A stretch of 42,951 bases of DNA. It comes from Batkoa obscura (Eukaryota). The notes under the pieces are model-generated. The model had not been told where the DNA came from, searched no databases, and saw only the letters and a list, made by a program, of their open reading frames with translations. Shown here piece by piece: positions 12,908 through 21,886 of this stretch; within the stretch, counting starts at the first letter, position 1, and every line of letters starts with the position of its first letter. The stretch spans positions 1 to 42,951 of the forward strand of contig JASVEC010000141.1 of the NCBI GenBank assembly GCA_030770535.1, in the 5' to 3' direction. A program made the position numbers and the translations under genes.

Positions 12908-15900
12908 TCACATTGCTGATTTGAGAAACTTGGCATGGACTCGGTTATATATAACGCTTGTTCGTTTATGTTTAATTGAATAGCTATCATACAAGTGTTT
13001 ATGTATGACTTCATATGGTCCATCCCATTTCAATGCTAGTTTATTTTTTCTAGATTGATTATAGGAAGGGTACAGATGAACGATATCACCTACTTTGAAG
13101 ACAGCTAGACGAGGAAGTCGAGAAATGTCTTGTCGATACCTCCTTGTTTTCGAGTCTGTCAATGCATTAAAGGCGTCAACTTGGATAGCTATTAGTTTTT
13201 TTGTTAGCTTAAGCAAGTACATGTCAGGACTCATCTCTTCTTGTCTAACTATCAAAGGAGCGAATGATATGGGGAGTCCCGGATGTCTCCCATAAAGCAT
13301 AACAAAAGGGGATTTTTTGGTAATACTATGTACTGAATATCTATATGCTAAAATAGCAGAATGTAGATATTCATCCCAAGAGCTAGTTTTATCGAAAGCC
13401 AGCTTCCTTAATATACGTACTAGTGTACCGTTTACTCTCTCAACCATTCCGTTAGTTTCAGGATGATATGGAGCTGCAGTAGAATGCTTTATGGCCATTA
13501 GTCTAGCTAATTTCGGGAGAACCAGGTTAACAAAATTGGCAGCGTTATCAGTAAGTATCACCTGAGGGCTTCCATGCCTACAAATAATATCCTCGTATAT
13601 AAATTTAGATATGTGAAAGGAAGTCTGATTTGGTATTGCTTTTGCTTCAACCCACTTAGTTAGATGGTCGATAGCTACAACAATAAATTTGTTCCCTCTT
13701 ACCGAGGAGGCCTCACAGAGAGGACCTATTACATCTATACTTACCGTGTGAAATGCATGTTTAGGTAAAATAAACTTATAGGCTGTAGCTTTTATTTTAC
13801 TTTGTTCCCTCTTGCAAACATCGCAATTATTTATAAAGTCTTCCAAATCTGGTATCATTGATTCCCAATAGCAGGAGACTTTCATAGTATCGTATGTTTT
13901 TTGGAAGGCTGAATGTCCACAGATTACATCATGGAATTGTTGGCATGCAGATAGTCGTGAAGAAGGCCTAATATATGGAATATATGTTCCCTTAATCTTT
14001 TTATACAAGGCATTATCTCTTACAATGATATTTTGAGCGTTTTTCTCAAGCCATTGTTTGAGTTCAGGCTGCTGCTGCGGCCATTTATCTTTATTACCCA
14101 ATAGATTGTACAAATCATCATCTATGGGGGTAGCTAGACAAATTCTGGGTAACCTGCTAAGCCCATCTGCATTTTGATGATCTTTACCTGGTTTATATAC
14201 TATATCAAAACTATACGATTGTAGTTTTAGAGCCCACCTAGCTAAACGTCCTTCAGGATTAGTGATTGAATACAACCATTTTAGGGAAACATGATCAGTA
14301 ATAACAGTAAAGTGAGTGCCGTAGATATACGGTCTAAATGCCTTTATAGCATGAATAATTGCAAGGCATTCTTTCTCTGTTGTAGTGTAGTTCCTTTCGT
14401 GTTTCGACAAGGTCCTAGAGGTATAGGCTATTGGGTGTTCACAATTGTTATCATCGAGTTGACTTAAAACACCTCCAACTGCAGTTAGACTAGCGTCAGT
14501 ATGTAGTGAGAAGGGCTTTGAGAAATTTGGAAACATCAATACTGGGGCGTTAAGCAGCTTGTTGCGAAGCTCTTCAAAAGCTTGTTGGTGTTCTTCCTTC
14601 CATTGAAACTTGACTTCTTTCTTTAGTAATTGGAACAGTGGGGTAGCTAAATTCGAAAAGTCTTTTATAAACCTTCGATAATAATTCATTAATCCAAGGA
14701 ATACTTGTACCTCCCGCATCGTAGTTGGGGGGAGAAGCTCCTTCACTGCATCTAGTTTATTTGGAATAGGGGCTAGTCCTTTGTCAGAGACTTTATAGCC
14801 TAGAAATTCCAAACTAGTTTGGAAGAATGAACACTTCTTTGGTTTTAACTTTAGATTGGCTTGACGGAGGCGCTCAAATACTGCTTTAAGATGAGTTAAG
14901 TGATCTATAAAAGTTCTTGAAAACACATTCAAGTCATCTAAGTAAATTAATACGCACGAAAGTTTAAGGTCACCTAGTGTATTATCCATAAGACGCTGGA
15001 ATGTAGCGGGAGCGTTCGAAAGGCCTTGTGGCATCCTAGTTGGTTGAAATAGTCCTTCAGAAGTTATTAAAGCGCACTTTTCTTGGTCTTCTGGATCCAT
15101 TTCTACCTGCCAGTATCCTGAGATTAAATCCATTGCTGAAAAGTATTTAGCACCTTGTAATCGGTCAACCGCATCGTCTATTCTGGGTAGAGGGTATACA
15201 TCTTTCTTTGTGATTTTGTTAAGCTTTCTATAGTCCATAACTACTCTATTAGTTCCATCTTTTTTCTTAACGATCATAAGGGGGGAGGCCCATGGACTAT
15301 TTGAAGGAATGATTAAACCTAGCCTTAAGAGTTTTTGAACTTCTTCTCGTTCTGCTTTGAGTTCAGATTGAGATTTACGATATGCTTTAGTTGCGACGGG
15401 TAATGAATCACATGTATATACTTTATGTTTAGTATTGCGAGCGCAACCAATATCTTCTTCTGAAGTTGCGAATATGTCTTTATATTCCTCCAGCAATTTA
15501 TAAAATTGGAGTTGTTCATCTTGGTTTAGATGGTTAATAGTGTCTTTTTCCACAAAAAGGGCTTGGTTATTTGGGGCCTCTTCGTGAATTTGAAATTCTT
15601 CTAGTGTTGCAAATTTACTGAAAGTATTAATCAAGGCGTTGTTTTCTACGTATATCGTGCCAATCTGTTGGCCTCTAGAGATATTGATTTCTTTTTTGGT
15701 AATGTTTGCAAGTAATAACTTGATAGTCTCATTCATGTTGTTGCCTAAAATTCCGGGCATAGTTAGTGGTTCTAATTGTGAGACACCTTCTATACTATAT
15801 ATAGATAAATGGAATTCCTTAGGTATCCATAGTGAGATCTCAGTATCTAATACTATCTGTGACTTAGGCGGTATTAATAAGTTCTTAGGAGAAATAACGG

Positions 15901-16936
15901 GAATTCCAGACTGTTTATATGCTATCTCTGGATATTGATGAATTACGGATTCTGATCCGCAGAGAGTGACATCAATTAATTTATTGTTGGTCCGATAGTT
16001 CATTATACGGCAGCCAGGAGATTTATTGTTTATCATATTGATAGATAGGTCTCTTGGTTTATTGTAGTACATTGGGATGGATTGATCTAATATTTTTAAG
16101 ATATTTTGATCGTACAACAATTGACAACCGTGTTTCACAAAGAATTCGGTGCCTAGGAGGAAGTCATAACCTTCACTTTCTAATACTATTGCTGGAAAGG
16201 CTAAGGTTAGTTTTCCAAATTTGATTGGTATTGATGAGTATGCTCCTAGCGCTGTAGTAGTTCCAGTTCCAGCTGTACCAAAGGTGTCTGAGCAATCTAT
16301 ATCTGGTTTAAAGGATAATCGTTTTACCAGACGACTCGATATGAAATTGATAGGAGCTCCACTATCTAATATGATGCGTACATTCTTTTTATAAATTGAC
16401 GCATTGATGTAAGTACAATCGATGGAGTTAGCTTTGTCATCGAGGTTTACTAAAAGAATCTGTTTATTTGGATTCTGGTATTCTCTAATAATTTTTCTAA
16501 ATGCAATTGCTAAGTCTGATTCTCCAGTTAAGATCTTGTCTAGCGGGATTGGGATCGTAACATTGGTTAACCACTGATGCGTGTTATCTAGTTCGCTTTG
16601 TGTGAGGGATAGTTTAGATAAATCGGATAATTGTGAGATGTAAGGTTTGGAGATCTCGTTCATTGGAATCGAATCAGGAGCATTAATAGAGTTATCAGGT
16701 AGCTTGAAAATTCGAGGTGGAATGACTTTAGGGATTTCCACAACAGGAACTCTTTTCTTTTTAGGTCTACCACGAATTCGCGAAGGAAGTGCTAGGATGA
16801 GGGTAGAGGGGTCAAATTTTGAAAGCGTATTAACTTTAAGGTCTAATCCAGTGCTATCATCTGGATCAGGAGGAATTTTTAACTTCGTGGAAGGGGGATC
16901 CTCATTTATCCTCCCACTTAGAAGTTTTTTGACTCG
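12908..16936 (-). CDS. pol: Pol polyprotein (protease, dUTPase-like, RT, RNase H, integrase), reached by -1 frameshift
   Basis: ILDSGA (PR), YLDD (RT), TDAS/EKECLA/TDH (RNase H), H-H-CDVC plus D-D-E (IN), and WDGPY (GPY/F). No chromodomain. The frame is open from 16936; the track start at 16741 is a GTG. Confidence 0.95.
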   Translation of the reverse strand, partial: RVKKLLSGRINEDPPSTKLKIPPDPDDSTGLDLKVNTLSKFDPSTLILALPSRIRGRPKKKRVPVVEIPKVIPPRIFKLPDNSINAPDSIPMNEISKPYISQLSDLSKLSLTQSELDNTHQWLTNVTIPIPLDKILTGESDLAIAFRKIIREYQNPNKQILLVNLDDKANSIDCTYINASIYKKNVRIILDSGAPINFISSRLVKRLSFKPDIDCSDTFGTAGTGTTTALGAYSSIPIKFGKLTLAFPAIVLESEGYDFLLGTEFFVKHGCQLLYDQNILKILDQSIPMYYNKPRDLSINMINNKSPGCRIMNYRTNNKLIDVTLCGSESVIHQYPEIAYKQSGIPVISPKNLLIPPKSQIVLDTEISLWIPKEFHLSIYSIEGVSQLEPLTMPGILGNNMNETIKLLLANITKKEINISRGQQIGTIYVENNALINTFSKFATLEEFQIHEEAPNNQALFVEKDTINHLNQDEQLQFYKLLEEYKDIFATSEEDIGCARNTKHKVYTCDSLPVATKAYRKSQSELKAEREEVQKLLRLGLIIPSNSPWASPLMIVKKKDGTNRVVMDYRKLNKITKKDVYPLPRIDDAVDRLQGAKYFSAMDLISGYWQVEMDPEDQEKCALITSEGLFQPTRMPQGLSNAPATFQRLMDNTLGDLKLSCVLIYLDDLNVFSRTFIDHLTHLKAVFERLRQANLKLKPKKCSFFQTSLEFLGYKVSDKGLAPIPNKLDAVKELLPPTTMREVQVFLGLMNYYRRFIKDFSNLATPLFQLLKKEVKFQWKEEHQQAFEELRNKLLNAPVLMFPNFSKPFSLHTDASLTAVGGVLSQLDDNNCEHPIAYTSRTLSKHERNYTTTEKECLAIIHAIKAFRPYIYGTHFTVITDHVSLKWLYSITNPEGRLARWALKLQSYSFDIVYKPGKDHQNADGLSRLPRICLATPIDDDLYNLLGNKDKWPQQQPELKQWLEKNAQNIIVRDNALYKKIKGTYIPYIRPSSRLSACQQFHDVICGHSAFQKTYDTMKVSCYWESMIPDLEDFINNCDVCKREQSKIKATAYKFILPKHAFHTVSIDVIGPLCEASSVRGNKFIVVAIDHLTKWVEAKAIPNQTSFHISKFIYEDIICRHGSPQVILTDNAANFVNLVLPKLARLMAIKHSTAAPYHPETNGMVERVNGTLVRILRKLAFDKTSSWDEYLHSAILAYRYSVHSITKKSPFVMLYGRHPGLPISFAPLIVRQEEMSPDMYLLKLTKKLIAIQVDAFNALTDSKTRRYRQDISRLPRLAVFKVGDIVHLYPSYNQSRKNKLALKWDGPYEVIHKHLYDSYSIKHKRTSVIYNRVHAKFLKSAM
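16870..16930 (-). promoter_or_regulatory. -1 programmed ribosomal frameshift signal (A AAA AAC plus downstream stem-loop/pseudoknot)
   Basis: Gag ends tcA AAA AAC ttc TAA and the -1 frame is the pol frame. After a 6-nt spacer, GUGGGAGG pairs with CCUUCCAC. Confidence 0.85.
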
Positions 16937-19434
16937 TTATCGGAGTCGACAAACTTCTCAGTATCATCGCCTTCAGTATCGTTATAATTGAGGTGATTTA
17001 TTTGTTTATTTTTATTGAAACGTTCATTGTTGCGAACATTCTTTTCGAAATAATATTTAAAAATACCATTTTCTGGCTTTGGTTCAGTGCAGTTAACGGT
17101 AATGTGTCCATATTCACCACAGTTCCAGCATCCAGTAAATACTCGAGATTTACGATGGTTGGAGTAGTGTTGTTGAGTGATGGTAAAACAATGAAGGTAT
17201 TCGTTGTTGTCCATCCCTTTATCTATGTGATTAACATATAATTTCTTGGGTCTAACTTCACTTTTTGGACTTCCAAGGTATAATTCTAAAATCTCTATCA
17301 TCTGTGTAACGTTGGTGATGTTATGGTGAGGATCTAGAAAAAGGCATGCGATATGACTTGGAAGGTTTCGCTGGAAGGCCAGGCGGAGGTCTGTAACGCT
17401 TAACTTTCCACAGGAAATTAAGGCATTAGCACGATTTCTTACGTTTGTAATGAAACTCTCAAGTTTATTTTCGTCGTCTAAACGTAAAGATAAGAGGGCT
17501 GCCTTTTTTGCTTCCATTTTTACATCGGAATCATAATGGTCTATAAACGCCTTTTTGAAGGAATCCCAATTACTGCGTAAGTCGTCAGGTAAAGTCATGC
17601 ACCAAGAAAGTTCATTTGTTTGTAGTTGACCTAAAAGGCATTGAGGACGACATTCATAGGTCCAGTTGTTAGCATCGAGATGAACTTCTAGAGCTTTAAT
17701 GAAGGTAGTAGCAGTAATTTCACTTGGATTGAATAAAAGACTAAAATTAAACTTTGTGTTAACAGGTTGGGAGCTTCTTGGGTAGTTGTGGCGGTGTGTT
17801 GAGAAGCTATGTGATTTTGGATCGTTACCAGAAGGTCCAGGATGACTAAAATAAGCGTCATGGGTATTGTGTGATATACCATGATCATGTTGAACAGTAA
17901 TCGGATCGGCTTGTACGTAGTGAGGTGAAGATTTCTCATAGGGTATATGTTGAGCGATTTGAGGGGCAATATGTGATGACTTATTTTTGTTAAAAGGATT
18001 GGCTAGGTTGACTTCAGCATAAGATTGTACACGAGGTCGTATTGGATCAGCGTTAGATCCTGTAGCAGGATTTCTTGAGTAAATACCATCAGTAGGTACA
18101 GCAGTCATTCTAGGATTTGATTGGGGTAGGTATGTGGAAACTTGGGGAGAGTTCTCTTCTTTCTTTGTTTGATCATCCGGTTGTACCAAGTGAACAGACC
18201 CATGATACTTATGGTTTATTTGATATTCAGTACCAAAGATAGATTCTGTGGCACTATCACCCAGATCATACATATTGTATCTTGGAACGTCTCTGTAACT
18301 CGAGAGTCTGGAGGGAGGTGCTGAAACAGCAATACGCTCCTTTCTACAATTGCAAGAAGATGCCTTGATTTGGTTAGTATTTGAAGCTACCTTAGTCTGA
18401 AGAAGAATGAGCTCTTCTCTGGTACTCTGTATGTTACGCGAGATTTCCTCCCAGTCAACTACTGTTTGTTCTTTGTCCAGTCTAATTTGTTCCTTCAAAT
18501 TATTATTGGAGGTGATAAGCTGGCTAATGGTAGTCACTTGTTGAGCCATTTGTTCATTACAAACAGCTAAATCTTGTTCTAAAGCCAAGATTCTAGCATC
18601 TTTGGTTGAAGTAGATGGAGGGGATTGTTCAATACAGGATAAGCGGTGATTATACTCTTTGAATTTATTCATTAGCGATCTGTGGAGTTCTGCGAAAGTG
18701 GCTTTTGTTTTTCCGTCAATATCTGAGATTCTTTCAGTAGTATGGTCATTGATCTCAGTGAGGGAAAGGTTGATCTCATCGGAGATTTTAACAAGTTCAG
18801 AATGTAGAGCAGTATCGAGCTGACGTAATTCAGCTTTGAGATCTCCTACTTCTCTTACTAACTCTCTGTGGGCTTCATAGGTAACGGTGTTATTGAGTCT
18901 TTGATTGAGCTCATTTAACTTACTAACATGGAGTTCATTTGAAGGGGCGATGACACCACTCTTTTGGTTACTGATCATGGAAAGGTTGTTAACCGTAGCT
19001 AAAAGTGAGCTTAAAGAGGTAGACAATTCATTGTTATGAATTGAAAGACGGTCGAGTTCACCAACCATCTGGATGAGTTTGTTGTGCAGGAACTCTACTA
19101 GATATTGTTGAACGTGGGAAAGGGTAGGTACCGTTTGGTACTGGGCACGAAAATTGATTTGAGTACTGGAGCCACTATTTTGGTATTGTCTCCAAGCGGA
19201 GAGGTCACCATCAAGGACGTGCATAGGGACAGCTCCGTAGGTAACGACTGAGTTTACAACGTGAGGAGGTAGTGCAGCTTGATTTAAAGCAGCAGTTTCT
19301 ATTTCTGGGGTCAGAACACTAGCTTCCTCTTCATCACTACTACCCATGTCGTATTCAGTGATGATCAACTGTTGACGGTTATCAAGAAGGTATTTTGAGT
19401 CCGCAAAATAAGGTACAAGACCATTGTCGACCAT
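16918..19434 (-). CDS. gag: Gag, 838 aa: N-terminal coiled coil, capsid-like domain, CCHC zinc knuckle
   Basis: CWNCGEYGHITVNC knuckle, a retrotransposon capsid-like W...WDSFKKAFIDHY segment, and its position as first ORF after the PBS. Confidence 0.9.
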   Translation of the reverse strand: MVDNGLVPYFADSKYLLDNRQQLIITEYDMGSSDEEEASVLTPEIETAALNQAALPPHVVNSVVTYGAVPMHVLDGDLSAWRQYQNSGSSTQINFRAQYQTVPTLSHVQQYLVEFLHNKLIQMVGELDRLSIHNNELSTSLSSLLATVNNLSMISNQKSGVIAPSNELHVSKLNELNQRLNNTVTYEAHRELVREVGDLKAELRQLDTALHSELVKISDEINLSLTEINDHTTERISDIDGKTKATFAELHRSLMNKFKEYNHRLSCIEQSPPSTSTKDARILALEQDLAVCNEQMAQQVTTISQLITSNNNLKEQIRLDKEQTVVDWEEISRNIQSTREELILLQTKVASNTNQIKASSCNCRKERIAVSAPPSRLSSYRDVPRYNMYDLGDSATESIFGTEYQINHKYHGSVHLVQPDDQTKKEENSPQVSTYLPQSNPRMTAVPTDGIYSRNPATGSNADPIRPRVQSYAEVNLANPFNKNKSSHIAPQIAQHIPYEKSSPHYVQADPITVQHDHGISHNTHDAYFSHPGPSGNDPKSHSFSTHRHNYPRSSQPVNTKFNFSLLFNPSEITATTFIKALEVHLDANNWTYECRPQCLLGQLQTNELSWCMTLPDDLRSNWDSFKKAFIDHYDSDVKMEAKKAALLSLRLDDENKLESFITNVRNRANALISCGKLSVTDLRLAFQRNLPSHIACLFLDPHHNITNVTQMIEILELYLGSPKSEVRPKKLYVNHIDKGMDNNEYLHCFTITQQHYSNHRKSRVFTGCWNCGEYGHITVNCTEPKPENGIFKYYFEKNVRNNERFNKNKQINHLNYNDTEGDDTEKFVDSDNESKNF

Positions 19435-19544
19435 AGTTGAGAATTAAGGAGGTTAAGGGGGTTTTTCTTTGTTTGGGGTGGTTACGCGGTAAGGACCGTA
19501 AAGGAAAGATTATAAAGGCTATCTAAAATAGTTATAAGAGCTTT

Positions 19545-19561
19545 CCCAGTTATGAGCGCCA
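19545..19561 (-). other. Primer binding site TGGCGCTCATAACTGGG
   Basis: Starts with TGG (complement of tRNA CCA) 2 nt downstream of the 5' LTR. Confidence 0.8.
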
Positions 19562-19563
19562 AA

Positions 19564-19963
19564 TGTGAAATCTGGTACTCAGGGTTTGGAGTCAAGAACA
19601 GCTATTGCTGGGTTGACTACACTATAAGTCAAAAGGTCTTAGTTTATGTGACTAAGATAGACTTGGGTTATGAGGAATAGCACGTAATAGGTTACAAGCT
19701 ATATAAGACAAATAGAATAGACAATACTAATGTAAAATCTATGTAAAATACTATTAAGAAAACTTAGTGGCTTTATTAAATGTTCGAGATATCAGGGATT
19801 AATTCAGTTAAAAAGCCTCGAACTATTATATTCTGTAAACTCTTTTATACTCTGAAAAGTATAAGTATCAAAATGAGAAGATAATATTCTTTTGGGTGGA
19901 ACTAGAAATTCTCATAACAAATCAAAATAATTAACCATGGGACTGACAAAGCGATATTTCACA
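19564..19963 (-). repeat. 5' LTR (400 bp)
   Basis: Direct repeat of 12411-12810. Confidence 0.97.
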
Positions 19964-20422
19964 CCTTTTACTAAAATAAAATGTAGGTTTTTATAAACTT
20001 TGAAATAAAACTTTTAAAAATCTTACTATAGTAAAAAAAGTATACAACATAAATATTATAATTTACTCATATAAATTTGATAATTACTTAATACAATCCA
20101 AGTTTATAATATTTTAACAATAGTAATAATAAATTTAATTAAATAATATATAAAGTTAATATTTAGAAAAAAAGAAAGAGTAGAATTATTATCAGTCATA
20201 GCTTTAGGGTACTTTTTTAATAAATATGAATTTTTTGGATTTGATATAAGTAAAAATCAATATGTTTATCTAGAAACAATTGATAATAAGGAAACATTGA
20301 TCTTATAATTTACTATTAAAAACATAAAAAAACAAGCAAGCTAAAGCTATTATATAATATTTGTTTAATAATTTAATTATCAAAATTTAACAAAAATAAT
20401 AAATGTTAACCAGATAATATAT

Positions 20423-20727
20423 GAGGATATGGGGATATTTTTTATGATTTGGGGATGTATTTTTGTGTTTAAGAATTTTACTAACGAATTTTCCGCTTAA
20501 ATAGTGCTTAAAAAATGGAAAAAGTAATGAAGTCAAAAAAAACACTCCCATTTCATTACTTCTTCCATTTCTTAAGCGTTGTTTGAGTGGAAAGATCGTT
20601 AGTAAAATTCTTAAATAAAAAAATACATCCCCATATGTTCTTTTGTTTAAGGATTTCGCTAATAATTTTTCCGCCAAAATAGTGCTCAAAAGATGGAAAA
20701 AGTAATGAAACCAAAAAAAAAATCCCC
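20423..20727. mobile_element. Triple nested GGGGATGT-MITEs (A 20423-20727 contains B 20431-20632, which contains C 20451-20549)
   Basis: Each level has a 4-bp duplication (ATAT, ATAT, ATTT). Removing the inner copies restores full-length elements. Confidence 0.85.
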
Positions 20728-21886
20728 ATATATAGCAAATATTTTAATAATTTATAAAATAATAATTTAAAAATGAACTTTAATTTTTTTTATTAGGTAT
20801 TATAAAAAGAATACAACTGATAAAAAATTTAAAAATCCTATATAATAAAAATTACTAATTAGTTAATTTTTATAAATACAATAAAATTGATAAATTAGCT
20901 ATTAAAAAATAGATACAGTTTTTAAAAAATATAAAAAACAAAAATATGAAACAAGTAATAAAAATAAAGGATTAAAAAGTACTTATATCTCATTAAACAT
21001 AATAATAAATTATATTGCTATCCAGTATTTGATAAACCAATAAAACATAATAAAATTCTAATTAAAGTTGTAAAGTTTATAGAAGATAAAAAATTAAAAG
21101 ATTAGCCCTAAGCTTGTTTTACAAAAATATCAATGCTACTTAAATTAGTAATAATTAAATTAGTAAATAGTCAGAGAGTAAATAGTTATAATGATATATG
21201 AAGACTGCTATTGTATTGTTTACATTATATAAGGATGGTCAACTATAGCTTTGGGGCTAATCCCCTATGTAGCTGGTTCTTGACTTAGTAATCTATTAAC
21301 GTAATTTTAATATTGAAATAATTTGGCTATTATTTGAATAAGCTATATTAAATTTTTAAATAAAGAGCTTTAATTTTTTCAGTTTATTTATTTAAAATGA
21401 TCATAAGGCCAAATCTATGTATAAAGTCAACAGCGGATATTTTTTTATAAAATTTTACAAGAATATGTGTTTGTTCATATACTACAACTTTCACTATTAA
21501 TATTATACATGCTAAATTGCTCAATTTTCGTTGTGACAGGAATTTTCATTCAATTTTAACAATTTAATTACATTATGTCCCTTTCTAATATAGTACTTTT
21601 TTAAAGAATTTTAGGTAAAGCTTTATTTACTAAATAAACAGTAATTGCTGTACAATTAAATTTTAATAGTTGGAATTCCTTTTTCCAAAAATCTACCTGG
21701 GCTATTTCACATTAACTACCTCATTTTTTTACATTTTGGCTAATAAATGTCACAGTTAATATAAAACATTGAGTAGCATTTTTCATCTTACGCAATACCA
21801 TCAATTTCATTTTTTTAAAATCAACTAAAGTTAAAAATTCAAAACTTCATTTCTCATTTTTAATTCTAACCCAACGAATACGAAAT

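Larger units (their letters stand above)
12411..19963 (-). mobile_element. Full-length Ty3/Gypsy LTR retrotransposon (non-chromoviral), 7553 bp
   Basis: Two 400-bp LTRs with TGTGAAAT...ATTTCACA ends, 4-bp TSD CCTT (12407-12410, 19964-19967), PBS, PPT, and intact gag and pol in PR-RT-RH-IN order. Confidence 0.97.

Noticed and set aside
13095..18324. Antisense or alternative-frame ORFs inside gag/pol as env or accessory genes
   Set aside because: Short shadow ORFs without motifs. Only ~100 bp separate pol from the 3' LTR, leaving no room for env.
20387..20738. Short ORFs 20387-20689 and 20556-20738 (and the similar 11395-11583)
   Set aside because: They are read-throughs of MITE sequence. Their mutual similarity comes from the repeat.
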